Of a DNA stretch of 32,000 bases, positions 18,134-26,115 are shown in pieces. This DNA comes from Staphylothermus marinus F1 (GTDB lineage Archaea; Thermoproteota; Thermoprotei_A; Sulfolobales; Desulfurococcaceae). The stretch covers positions 360,001 through 392,000 of the forward strand of contig NC_009033.1 of the NCBI RefSeq assembly GCF_000015945.1. The letters are read 5' to 3'. A program made the position numbers and the translations under genes. The notes under the pieces are model-generated. The model did no database searches. It was given only the letters and a program-made list of their open reading frames with translations, and was not told the origin of the DNA. Numbering within the stretch: position 1 is the first letter of the stretch; each line of letters starts with the position of its first letter.

Positions 18134-18679
18134 ATGATGGAAGAAAAACTTGTAAAGGTTAATTTAAAAGTTAATGGAAAAGAATACACATTAGAAGTCC
18201 CGCCATATGAGAGACTATTAGATACACTACGATATAGACTGGGATTAACCAGTGTTAAAGAAGGTTGTGGAAGAGGAGAATGTGGAACATGTATAGTCTT
18301 GGTAAACGGTAATCCTAGACACTCCTGCCTAACATTAACAGCTACACTCGACGGTGCAGAGATAACGACTCTTGAAGGACTAGCTCCTGAAGGAAAACTC
18401 CACGCTATACAAGTAGCTTTCCTAGAGACTCGTGGTGTACAGTGCGGATTCTGTACGGGCGGGTTTATGTTGATGGCTAAAGCATTATTGGATAGAAACC
18501 CTGATCCAAGCTATGAAGAAATAAAGGAATGGCTAAGTTCAACGCTTTGCCGCTGTGGAAGCTACCACTACTATTTCGCAGCTGTCAAGTTAGCGGCGAA
18601 GTACTTGAAGGAGGGGAAGATCTATTTTGATGAGAAAGAGATCCGTAACAAATACTATATGAAAGTTGTTGGGAGGTGA
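18134..18679 (+). CDS. Molybdenum hydroxylase [2Fe-2S] (small) subunit, CoxS/CutC/XdhC-type
   Basis: Plant-type 2Fe-2S motif CGRGECGTC...C and second cluster motif CGFCTGG...CRCG. ATG at 18134/18137 follows GGGGTGA. The track start, GTG at 18128, overlaps the stop of the FAD subunit gene. Confidence 0.9.
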   Translation: MMEEKLVKVNLKVNGKEYTLEVPPYERLLDTLRYRLGLTSVKEGCGRGECGTCIVLVNGNPRHSCLTLTATLDGAEITTLEGLAPEGKLHAIQVAFLETRGVQCGFCTGGFMLMAKALLDRNPDPSYEEIKEWLSSTLCRCGSYHYYFAAVKLAAKYLKEGKIYFDEKEIRNKYYMKVVGR

Positions 18680-18686
18680 AAATTGT

Positions 18687-21101
18687 ATGAGCAAGCCTGA
18701 ATATGTAGATATAGTGGAGAAGGTCTTTGAGAAAACCAAAGAGAAAAAGACTAAGGAATTCAAGTATATTGGTAAACACATTATTAGATGGGATGCTATA
18801 GACAAGCTAAGCGGTAAAGCATGGTTTACAGCCGATCTAGTAAAACTATACCAAAACGTTGTATTCGTTTATAGTGTTAGAACAAAATATGCACATGCAT
18901 TAATCAAGAAGATCGATGTAAGTGATGCAGAGAAATATCCTGGAGTAATAAAAGTAATAACAGCTAAGGATATACCTGGAATAAACGATGTAGGATACGT
19001 TATTCCCGACCAGCCATTATTGGCGGATAAAAAGGTTAGATACATTGGTGACACAGTAGCATTAATTGTTGCTGAAAACTATGAGAACGCTTTAGAAGCA
19101 GCTGATCTCGTGAGAGTAGAGTATGAGCCGTTAGAAGTAATTCTTGACCCATTAAAAGTTGTTGAATGGGGTGGATTACGAGAGAAAGAACATACATTAA
19201 TACATGATGAACGCGGAAGCGATGTAGTATCAAGATATAAGATAAGGAGAGGAGACGTAAAGAAAGCATTTGAAGAAGCAGCTGTAGTTATAGAGAACGA
19301 ATACCGGACACCAATGCAGGAACACGCATATTTAGAGCCGGAAGCTGCTCTTGCAATACCACAGCCAGATGGCGGAGTAACAATATATGCTAAGACACAG
19401 TGCCCATTCGATACACGTAAAGCAGTTGCTCAAGTTCTAGGATTACCATTTAACAAGGTTAGAGTAATAGCACCACCACTAGGCGGAGGATTTGGTGGCG
19501 CAGAGGATGTTGGAAACGAGATTGCTGCTAAAGTTGCATTAGCAGCAATACTAACAGGTAGACCCGCGTTTCTAGTACACACACGTGAAGAATCAATTAT
19601 TGGTCACAGCAAGAGACACCCAATGATAGCTAGATATAAACATGCAGCAACACGTGATGGTAGATTACTAGCTGTTGAAGCAGAAATAGTTCTAGATACT
19701 GGAGCATATGCTAGTCTAGGACCATTCGTTGGATGGAGAGCTATTGTTCACAGTACAGGTCCATACAAAGTGCCTAACGCCAAAGTAGATCTGGCAGTAG
19801 TATATACTAATAAAGTATATGCTGGTGCATTCCGTGGATTCGGAAACCCGCAAGTCGCATTCGCACATGAGAGACAAATGGATCTATTAGCTGAAGAACT
19901 AGGACTTGACCCTGTAGAGTTTAGGTTAAAGAATATATTGAGAAATGGAGATCGGACAGTACATGGACAACTACTAAGCCATGGTGTTGGGTTAGAGGAG
20001 GCTATTCTCAAAGCAGTAGAAGCAGCTAACTGGTATGAGAAGAGAAAACTATATAGTCAACAGAAAGGTTTGTTAAGGAGAGGAATAGGAATAGCTGTAT
20101 TCTATCATGGAAACAGTATAGGTGCTGAAGGAGCAGACTTCTCATCAGCCACGATAATAATACAGCGTGACGGAAGCATAGTTTTCAGAACAGGTCTCAC
20201 AGACTTCGGACAAGGATCTATACAGGGAATTGTTAACATTATCGCTGAAACACTAGGTGTACCACCAAGCTATATAAAGGTTGAATGGCCAGATACAGCT
20301 TCAACACCCGATGCAGGACCAACAGTAGCATCAAGATCAACTGTTATGGGTGGTAATGCCGCGCTCGTAGCAGCATATAAGCTGAGACAGAGGCTAAACA
20401 AGCTAGCTGGAGAAATACTAGGCTGTGATCCAGACGATATAGTAATAGATGCTCCAGACGTATATTGTAAGAGTGATCCCAACTTGAAGATAACATGGCA
20501 GGAACTAGTAGAGCAGAGCTTCTGGAAAGGAGTACCTATACAAGAATTCGGATACTTCCGTGCACCACCAGCTGAATGGGACGAAGAAACTGGTCAGGGA
20601 GCACCATATATGCACTACACATTTGGAGCAATAATAAGCGATGTAGTAGTTGATCTAGAAACTGGTGTTGCAAGAGTTAAGGAAGCGGTAACAGCATATG
20701 ATATCGGCAGAGTAATCAATAGGACAGGCGCCGAACACCATGCTGTAGGAGGCTATATACAAGGAATGGGATATGCATTAATGGAAGACATATACCATGC
20801 ACCAGATGGCAGAGTATACAATACGAATCTATCAACATACCATATACCAACAGGACTAGATATACCTGAGAAAATAAAGGCCGTATGGGTTGAAGCAGGA
20901 TTCCAAAGAGGACCATATGGAGCCAAAGGATTAGGAGAACCATCAATAGTAGGTATAGCTCCAAGCATAGCTAACGCAGTAGCACACGCCCTAGGAGGAG
21001 ACATAAACGTTAACAAAGACATAAACAGAATACCGCTAACACCAGACTATGTATACAGTATTATAAAGAAGCATGGACTTATCAAAAAGTATAAAGCCTA
21101 A
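18687..21101 (+). CDS. Molybdopterin-binding (large) subunit of a xanthine dehydrogenase / aldehyde oxidoreductase family enzyme
   Basis: Motifs GGGFGGAED, AFRGFGNPQ and AKGLGEPS. ATG at 18687 lies 7 nt after GGAGGTGA (18672-18679). The CO-dehydrogenase active-site loop (VAYRCSFR / AYRGAGR) is absent. Confidence 0.9.
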   Translation: MSKPEYVDIVEKVFEKTKEKKTKEFKYIGKHIIRWDAIDKLSGKAWFTADLVKLYQNVVFVYSVRTKYAHALIKKIDVSDAEKYPGVIKVITAKDIPGINDVGYVIPDQPLLADKKVRYIGDTVALIVAENYENALEAADLVRVEYEPLEVILDPLKVVEWGGLREKEHTLIHDERGSDVVSRYKIRRGDVKKAFEEAAVVIENEYRTPMQEHAYLEPEAALAIPQPDGGVTIYAKTQCPFDTRKAVAQVLGLPFNKVRVIAPPLGGGFGGAEDVGNEIAAKVALAAILTGRPAFLVHTREESIIGHSKRHPMIARYKHAATRDGRLLAVEAEIVLDTGAYASLGPFVGWRAIVHSTGPYKVPNAKVDLAVVYTNKVYAGAFRGFGNPQVAFAHERQMDLLAEELGLDPVEFRLKNILRNGDRTVHGQLLSHGVGLEEAILKAVEAANWYEKRKLYSQQKGLLRRGIGIAVFYHGNSIGAEGADFSSATIIIQRDGSIVFRTGLTDFGQGSIQGIVNIIAETLGVPPSYIKVEWPDTASTPDAGPTVASRSTVMGGNAALVAAYKLRQRLNKLAGEILGCDPDDIVIDAPDVYCKSDPNLKITWQELVEQSFWKGVPIQEFGYFRAPPAEWDEETGQGAPYMHYTFGAIISDVVVDLETGVARVKEAVTAYDIGRVINRTGAEHHAVGGYIQGMGYALMEDIYHAPDGRVYNTNLSTYHIPTGLDIPEKIKAVWVEAGFQRGPYGAKGLGEPSIVGIAPSIANAVAHALGGDINVNKDINRIPLTPDYVYSIIKKHGLIKKYKA

Positions 21102-21113
21102 AAATTTTAACCA

Positions 21114-21120
21114 TTTTTTT
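21114..21120 (+). terminator. Oligo-T (T7) candidate archaeal terminator after the Mo-hydroxylase operon
   Basis: T7 run starting 13 nt after the TAA stop at 21099-21101, followed by further T-rich sequence (attttctttc). Confidence 0.4.
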
Positions 21121-21188
21121 ATTTTCTTTCTCTATATCTTCCTTCTTCTATAAATTATCATAGAATCTGAATGATTCACAAAGACGTT

Positions 21189-21986
21189 TCATAAATCTCT
21201 AACAAACCTTATGAAGCCATGATCTATGTTTAATACTTTATATTCATCTCTAACTTCTATCCATCCCTGAACATAGTATTTGCCTGGTCTAAGCTCTGAG
21301 AACAACTCCCTATATGTTTCGAGAACAAAGTATTTATCTCTAATTCTTACATGGAACCTTGCAGGTAAAATATATGGTTCAATACTATCTATTACTTCAA
21401 TAATTCCAGTAAAATAATATCTATAACTAACAGGTTCTATGCATCCACTAAATCCTCTCGAATACTTTACTAGTTTTAAATTAATATGTCGGCGATTATA
21501 TAGTAAGTGCAGAATAGTGTTTCTCTTAATATATAAATATGTATATATATCCATGGATGATCTGTGCTTACTAAAATATTCTTTTAAAAGAAAATATTCA
21601 TTTATCCTATCAAACACATTCTCCTCAACAAGTTCATATAGTTTATCCACAACCCCCTGATCAGCACCCAGAATAACTATATCTATATCATTAGAATACT
21701 CGCCTATAAGAGAGGAACCCGTTAACAATAATTGATTCGGGCCAAGTCCTAGGTATCGAGCTAATACCTCTATAACTTCCTCGCCGGCAAAGTTGTTTAG
21801 ACCATAATATGGTTTCGCATATTCTAAATCAATTACCGGTACACTGAGCTTGATACAGTCCCAATAGTAATAATGGGCATATTTTATTTTATGGTATCTG
21901 GCAAGCTTTACATTATTTACTAAATCATATCTTGGGTAAGCAATTACTTTGTTTAATGGATGTTGAAAACCCTTAACCAACCACAA
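21189..21986 (-). CDS. Pol-beta superfamily nucleotidyltransferase with N- and C-terminal extensions (archaeal predicted NTase, possibly COG1665-like)
   Basis: Canonical G-S-x8-D-x-D at 21681-21719 (GSSLIGEYSNDIDIV). The listed start is a TTG. The frame stays open 40 codons further upstream. Confidence 0.65.
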   Translation of the reverse strand: MWLVKGFQHPLNKVIAYPRYDLVNNVKLARYHKIKYAHYYYWDCIKLSVPVIDLEYAKPYYGLNNFAGEEVIEVLARYLGLGPNQLLLTGSSLIGEYSNDIDIVILGADQGVVDKLYELVEENVFDRINEYFLLKEYFSKHRSSMDIYTYLYIKRNTILHLLYNRRHINLKLVKYSRGFSGCIEPVSYRYYFTGIIEVIDSIEPYILPARFHVRIRDKYFVLETYRELFSELRPGKYYVQGWIEVRDEYKVLNIDHGFIRFVRDL

Positions 21987-22024
21987 TATTCCATTATATA
22001 CTAGTGCTTCACCCTCAACTAATC

Positions 22025-22312
22025 TTAGATCTCCATGTCCTGTTTTGTCTTCCTTTGGAGAATCTCGTCTAAAACTTTCTTCAGGATCTCGATTAAATAT
22101 CCCTCCTCACCAGGAAGTCCCTCATACACGTCTATGCCTTCGACAGCTATAATCGGGTATTCATCATTTGTAGTTTCTTCTTGAACACTGATCTCAATAT
22201 TATATTCTTCTTCCAATATATCTTTAATTTCATATATCCACTGTGTAAGCGTCCATTTATCATATGTGTTTTTACCCTTAACTATTATTGTTATTCTCCT
22301 ATGTTCAGCCAT
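22025..22312 (-). CDS. Small hypothetical protein (95 aa), possibly a thioredoxin-like fold lacking CxxC
   Basis: ATG at 22312, overlapping the upstream gene by 22 nt. The pattern ITIIVKGKN...YPIIAVEGIDVYEGLPGEEGYLIEIL resembles small thioredoxin-fold proteins but has no cysteines. The fold call is weak. Confidence 0.45.
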   Translation of the reverse strand: MAEHRRITIIVKGKNTYDKWTLTQWIYEIKDILEEEYNIEISVQEETTNDEYPIIAVEGIDVYEGLPGEEGYLIEILKKVLDEILQRKTKQDMEI

Positions 22313-23484
22313 GATAAAAACCTACTATCTCTATTTTCAAATACTCTACTCCTCAAACTCCTATAGGGTTCTAAATCTTGATCGAGCATTAGAATTATTT
22401 CATTTCTAACATGTTTTACTTTATCAGATATCATAATAGCGAGTTTTTCTAAGTATTCATATACATCGTATTCTTCTATTAAACCCTCCTTATACATTTT
22501 ATCTAATAGACTCATTTCAACAAGGAATTCTGTTAACAAGTACTTATTTGATCGAATAAATGCTGTGGAATCTAGTTCTTTTCCAAGAACATATGTTATA
22601 GTATCATAGACATTGCTGAAACCTGCTCCTATTAATCCATTCATTAAAGTAATTATTCTCTCCAAGCTTTTCTCAGAATATGATCTAATAAAATCTATAT
22701 ATGTTCTAAGAACTTCTACCGCCATTCTAGCACTACTAATACTATAGAGATCTTTCTCAAAATTTTCAAGCCTATTAAGTCCTCGAGTAAGTGCTCGAAT
22801 CGATTCTGAAAGCCCTTTTAATATTCTAAGATAACCTGTCAATATAAGCTTCTTCGTAGACTCCAAAACTTTAATCCCGGATTTCTCGATGAGGTCTATT
22901 ATCCATTCATATTCGTATCCATTATATAATATAGGAATCGATCCTCGTGGATCAATTATTATTGATAAAAACAATAATGTGTCTCTGAAAATATATAGGT
23001 TTCTAGAATTAGGATTAGCTTCATACAATTCTATTTTATCCGCCATAGGCTTGATTACTGAATTTCTCAGAGAGCTGGGCTTGTTTAAAGCAATATATAG
23101 CATAACTAATGGATTATATAGGGAGACATAATGATGAGCTTCTATGAGAGAATATATTGCCTTACCAACTGATGGCATGGGCTTTGGGTTTAAACCATAT
23201 TTTTTCAATGCAGAAATTATGTATGCCTTATATAGAACTGTACCAGCATTCTCGACTAATACATGATACTTAGATAATAACTCATAAAATCTATCTGGAT
23301 CGCTAAGAACTATCTCGAGTAATCTATGGATAGAATCTCTTGACTCTAAGACTTTAAGAAACGTATTTCTCACGGTTAATGGTTGAAGCTTTAATTTAGC
23401 AATCGATTCCAATAGTATTTCTAAATCTTTTATTGAGAAATTGCCTGTACTAATTCTTTCAGATAATAAATTATTAATGGACAC
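22291..23484 (-). CDS. Hypothetical protein (397 aa), predicted mostly alpha-helical
   Basis: GTG at 23484 lies 6 nt after AAGGTGA, which sits directly after the stop of the upstream gene. No recognisable motif. Confidence 0.55.
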   Translation of the reverse strand: MSINNLLSERISTGNFSIKDLEILLESIAKLKLQPLTVRNTFLKVLESRDSIHRLLEIVLSDPDRFYELLSKYHVLVENAGTVLYKAYIISALKKYGLNPKPMPSVGKAIYSLIEAHHYVSLYNPLVMLYIALNKPSSLRNSVIKPMADKIELYEANPNSRNLYIFRDTLLFLSIIIDPRGSIPILYNGYEYEWIIDLIEKSGIKVLESTKKLILTGYLRILKGLSESIRALTRGLNRLENFEKDLYSISSARMAVEVLRTYIDFIRSYSEKSLERIITLMNGLIGAGFSNVYDTITYVLGKELDSTAFIRSNKYLLTEFLVEMSLLDKMYKEGLIEEYDVYEYLEKLAIMISDKVKHVRNEIILMLDQDLEPYRSLRSRVFENRDSRFLSWLNIGE

Positions 23485-23496
23485 ATGTATTCACCT

Positions 23497-24033
23497 TTAA
23501 CAATGCGGATTATTATTGAATATACATAGTGTTTTTAATAATTCATATAATTCCTGATCATATCTTAGCCTGACAATTCTCCTATTATTTAGTATAGGGG
23601 ATCTATAAAGGATCTCTATGATCTTGCCATCCGTAATCAATCTATAAATCTCCTTAAACGGGATCAACCATACATAGTTGTTTTTAACAAAATATTCGAG
23701 AAGCTCTCGTGGAAAAGCTCTAAACATGTATTCGATGCTGGGATATATTTTAATATTTGATAATAATTGTTTAGCTCTCTCCAGATCTACTCCTTCCTCC
23801 TTAATTCTCTCAAGCCTATCATAAAATTTATCTTTCAAAACATTTCTAACGTCTTCTTTAGAAGTAGGTGTTGATAATAAAACCTCTATTGCTCGTGTTC
23901 TCTTCTTTTTATCAACAATACTCATTGGTGCATAAAGGAAAGGTATTTCTTTGAGGAGAGAAGAAGAAACTATATTAATATATACATATGTATCATGAAC
24001 AAATATGCTTCCCCTAAATGTTTTCAGTAACAA
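23497..24033 (-). CDS. Hypothetical protein (178 aa)
   Basis: TTG at 24033 lies 5 nt after GGGGGT. First gene of the four-gene minus-strand operon. No recognisable motif. Confidence 0.5.
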   Translation of the reverse strand: MLLKTFRGSIFVHDTYVYINIVSSSLLKEIPFLYAPMSIVDKKKRTRAIEVLLSTPTSKEDVRNVLKDKFYDRLERIKEEGVDLERAKQLLSNIKIYPSIEYMFRAFPRELLEYFVKNNYVWLIPFKEIYRLITDGKIIEILYRSPILNNRRIVRLRYDQELYELLKTLCIFNNNPHC

Positions 24034-24176
24034 TATCGACCCCCATATATATTTGACAATGAATAAACTATATTAAAATAGCTTAACGATCTTGTTACTA
24101 AAAATAGGATTTAATACCCTCTAAGATCATTCTTACATCTTGGCAATGCATTTTTAATATAAACATTCGGGGATAA

Positions 24177-25259
24177 ATGTTGAAGCCCATAATTAGGTCA
24201 ATAACAATTTTTGCTTATAAGCCCAGAGAGGAAGCATATGATGAGATATTAGAATCAATAAATACTGCTAAGGATATGCTTGGAATAGTTAAGAAGAGCT
24301 TTGAGGAAAACGGATACGAAGTATTTACTACAAGAATATCCCTGCCGAAGCTAAGCATTGATCTCCTAAGGAAGATACTAGATAGCATAGATATTAATGA
24401 TACTCTCCTCTCAGTTGGAGCATTAGATATAGAAGATATTGATGAAGAATTAGCAATTGATATTACTAGTAGAGGATATTATTTCCCAATATATGGATTA
24501 TATAGAAACCCCGTAGAATACTCGTATAAATTAGCGAAGCTAATTATTTCATTGGCTGACCAGAACCCATTATTAGCTACAAGAGTATCTATTGCTTACC
24601 ATAAAGACCCATTGGAGACGCCTTATTTCCCTGATTCAACTAGTAGTGGAAAACTAGGATTAGGAATGGCTTTCCTATATCCACACATACTTAAGAGATT
24701 AATAGAGGAGACTCATTCAATAAGAGCTGTTGCGGAAAGAATTTCCCATAAAATATCTGAGATCATTAATATTTTGCGAAACATAGGTATCGGTAATTAT
24801 AGATTCATTATTGACTATAGTATTTCTCCATGGATGGAGAAAAGCGTTGTTGACTTAATAGAGACTATGGGTTATAAACTGCTCACGCCAGGATTTAATT
24901 ACGGTATATACTTACTTAATGATTTGATCAAAAATGTTTCGGGGAAAATAGGTTTTGCAAAAGGATATAATGAAGTAATGTTGCCTTATGCAGAGGATTC
25001 CTTATTAATAGATGCTGGTGGGAAAGGCTTGTTGAAAGCCCACCATTTATTATTATATACTACTACATGTGTAGCTGGTCCAGATATGTTGGTTGTACCG
25101 CGTGATCAGGAGAAACTGTGGAGATTCCTACTAGACATATATAGTATTTACATGGTTAAACAAAAACCGTTGTCGACGAGAATTATTCCGGTAAGCGGAA
25201 ATCCTGGCGATAAAGTAAAGCTTGGAAAATTCGGTACTGCCTACATAATAGATTACTAA
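24177..25259 (+). CDS. DUF711 / UPF0210-family protein (short, divergent)
   Basis: IRSITIF near the N-terminus, TTRISLP, GYNEVMLPYAEDS and TTTCVAGPDMLVVP. These parallel the IRTVTMGI, LPV.ED and CSVGLDMIAIP blocks I remember for UPF0210 proteins. Confidence 0.55.
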   Translation: MLKPIIRSITIFAYKPREEAYDEILESINTAKDMLGIVKKSFEENGYEVFTTRISLPKLSIDLLRKILDSIDINDTLLSVGALDIEDIDEELAIDITSRGYYFPIYGLYRNPVEYSYKLAKLIISLADQNPLLATRVSIAYHKDPLETPYFPDSTSSGKLGLGMAFLYPHILKRLIEETHSIRAVAERISHKISEIINILRNIGIGNYRFIIDYSISPWMEKSVVDLIETMGYKLLTPGFNYGIYLLNDLIKNVSGKIGFAKGYNEVMLPYAEDSLLIDAGGKGLLKAHHLLLYTTTCVAGPDMLVVPRDQEKLWRFLLDIYSIYMVKQKPLSTRIIPVSGNPGDKVKLGKFGTAYIIDY

Positions 25260-25262
25260 TTG

Positions 25263-26033
25263 TTAACGATGAGAATCTATTATGTGGATATGTTCTCTAA
25301 CCTCTAATATTGCTTTACCATATATTTTTTCAGCAATATCCCTCCTCAACACTTCTTCGGGTTTACCATAAACATAGATTTCCCTATTAACCAGTAATAT
25401 TTTCGATGTATACTTTAATAGAAGCATTGGATCATGGCTTGTTACAATCACTAGTTTATTCCTACTTAGCCTCCCTATAAGCTCTGCTAAGTCTACTCTA
25501 CCATTTGGATCTATGTTTGAGAATGGTTCATCCATTAACAGTATTGAAGGATCATGAACTAGTGCTCTAGCAATGTAGCTTCTCTGCTTCTGACCTCCCG
25601 AGAGATCCCAGAAATTCTTATTCCACAGTTCTCGAGACAATCCAACTATTTCAAGAATCTTCATAATATATTCTTTTTCTTTTCTCCTAACCAATATTCT
25701 TGGCCAAGGCTTTCTTAATACATAGCAACATTCTATGAGCTCCATAACTGTTAATGGATAATCTGGCTCCGATAACCCAGTTGTTTGAGGAACATATCCA
25801 ATGTATTTTCCAGCTCTGCTGGGATTCCCTGTTACATCCTCATCATTTATAATGACTCGCCCCTCTATCGGCTTAATTAACCCCAGAATTGTTCTGAGTA
25901 GAGTTGTTTTTCCAGCACCATTTGGTCCGAGTACTTGTATTAATCCAGGTCCTTCATGTTTAAATGATAGATTTTTTAGCACGATATATTTGCTGTATCC
26001 TACTGTTAGGTTTTCTACAGCTATACTCACCAA
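25263..26033 (-). CDS. znuC: Metal (Zn/Mn/Fe-type) ABC transporter ATP-binding protein, ZnuC/TroB-like
   Basis: Walker A GPNGAGKTT, signature LSGGQKQR, Walker B LLMDEPFSNID. About 250 aa. Divergent from a TroA-like binding-protein gene. The start is TTG at 26033 or GTG at 26030. Confidence 0.85.
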   Translation of the reverse strand: MVSIAVENLTVGYSKYIVLKNLSFKHEGPGLIQVLGPNGAGKTTLLRTILGLIKPIEGRVIINDEDVTGNPSRAGKYIGYVPQTTGLSEPDYPLTVMELIECCYVLRKPWPRILVRRKEKEYIMKILEIVGLSRELWNKNFWDLSGGQKQRSYIARALVHDPSILLMDEPFSNIDPNGRVDLAELIGRLSRNKLVIVTSHDPMLLLKYTSKILLVNREIYVYGKPEEVLRRDIAEKIYGKAILEVREHIHIIDSHR

Positions 26034-26050
26034 TTTTCTTCCCCATTTTA

Positions 26051-26087
26051 TGCACAGTCATGAGAGATAAATATATATTTCTGTGCA
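26051..26087. promoter_or_regulatory. Perfect 7-bp inverted repeat TGCACAG-N23-CTGTGCA flanking an A/T-rich TATA-like core in the divergent promoter. Candidate operator.
   Basis: Arms at 26051-26057 and 26081-26087 are exact reverse complements. The spacer contains ataaatatatattt. The site lies 18 nt from the ATPase start and 29 nt from the binding-protein ATG. Confidence 0.4.
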
Positions 26088-26115
26088 CAATTCAATAATA
26101 AGAGGGGACATTATA

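Noticed and set aside
18869-21022. Several minus-strand ORFs of 61-89 aa within the Mo-hydroxylase large-subunit gene, plus similar shadows at 1525-1773, 6870-7915, 16213-16480, 17624-18019, 18585-18805, 25801-26070, 26674-27023, 27877-28113, 30015-30404, 30841-31050 and 31540-31749
   Set aside because: All are fully nested antisense to, or out of frame with, genes that carry strong family motifs. They show no motifs, starts with SD, or conservation cues of their own.
17247-21101. Annotating the three-subunit enzyme as aerobic carbon monoxide dehydrogenase (CoxMSL)
   Set aside because: The large subunit lacks the CODH-specific active-site loop (VAYRCSFR or AYRGAGR). It shows XDH/aldehyde-oxidoreductase-type motifs instead. 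No coxDEF-type accessory genes are adjacent.
22025-22109. Programmed -1 frameshift fusing the 95-aa protein to the nucleotidyltransferase
   Set aside because: The frames are offset by -1 and the NTase frame is open through the overlap. But I found no X XXY YYZ slippery heptamer in the overlap (…aag aca aaa cag gac atg gag atc taa) and no obvious downstream structure.
22291-24033. HEPN-type toxin partner for the nucleotidyltransferase (MNT-HEPN pair)
   Set aside because: I looked for Rx4-6H motifs in the 178-aa and 397-aa proteins. I found only poor candidates (RDSIH with 3-residue spacing, and KHVRNE in reversed order). The NTase is also much larger than minimal MNTs.
26083-26115. GTG at 26083 as the start of the metal-binding protein (MHNSIIRGDII...)
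   Set aside because: That GTG lies inside the right arm of the promoter dyad. The ATG at 26116 yields a typical signal-like N-terminus (MRIQPLQAYIIMLLTITALLF).
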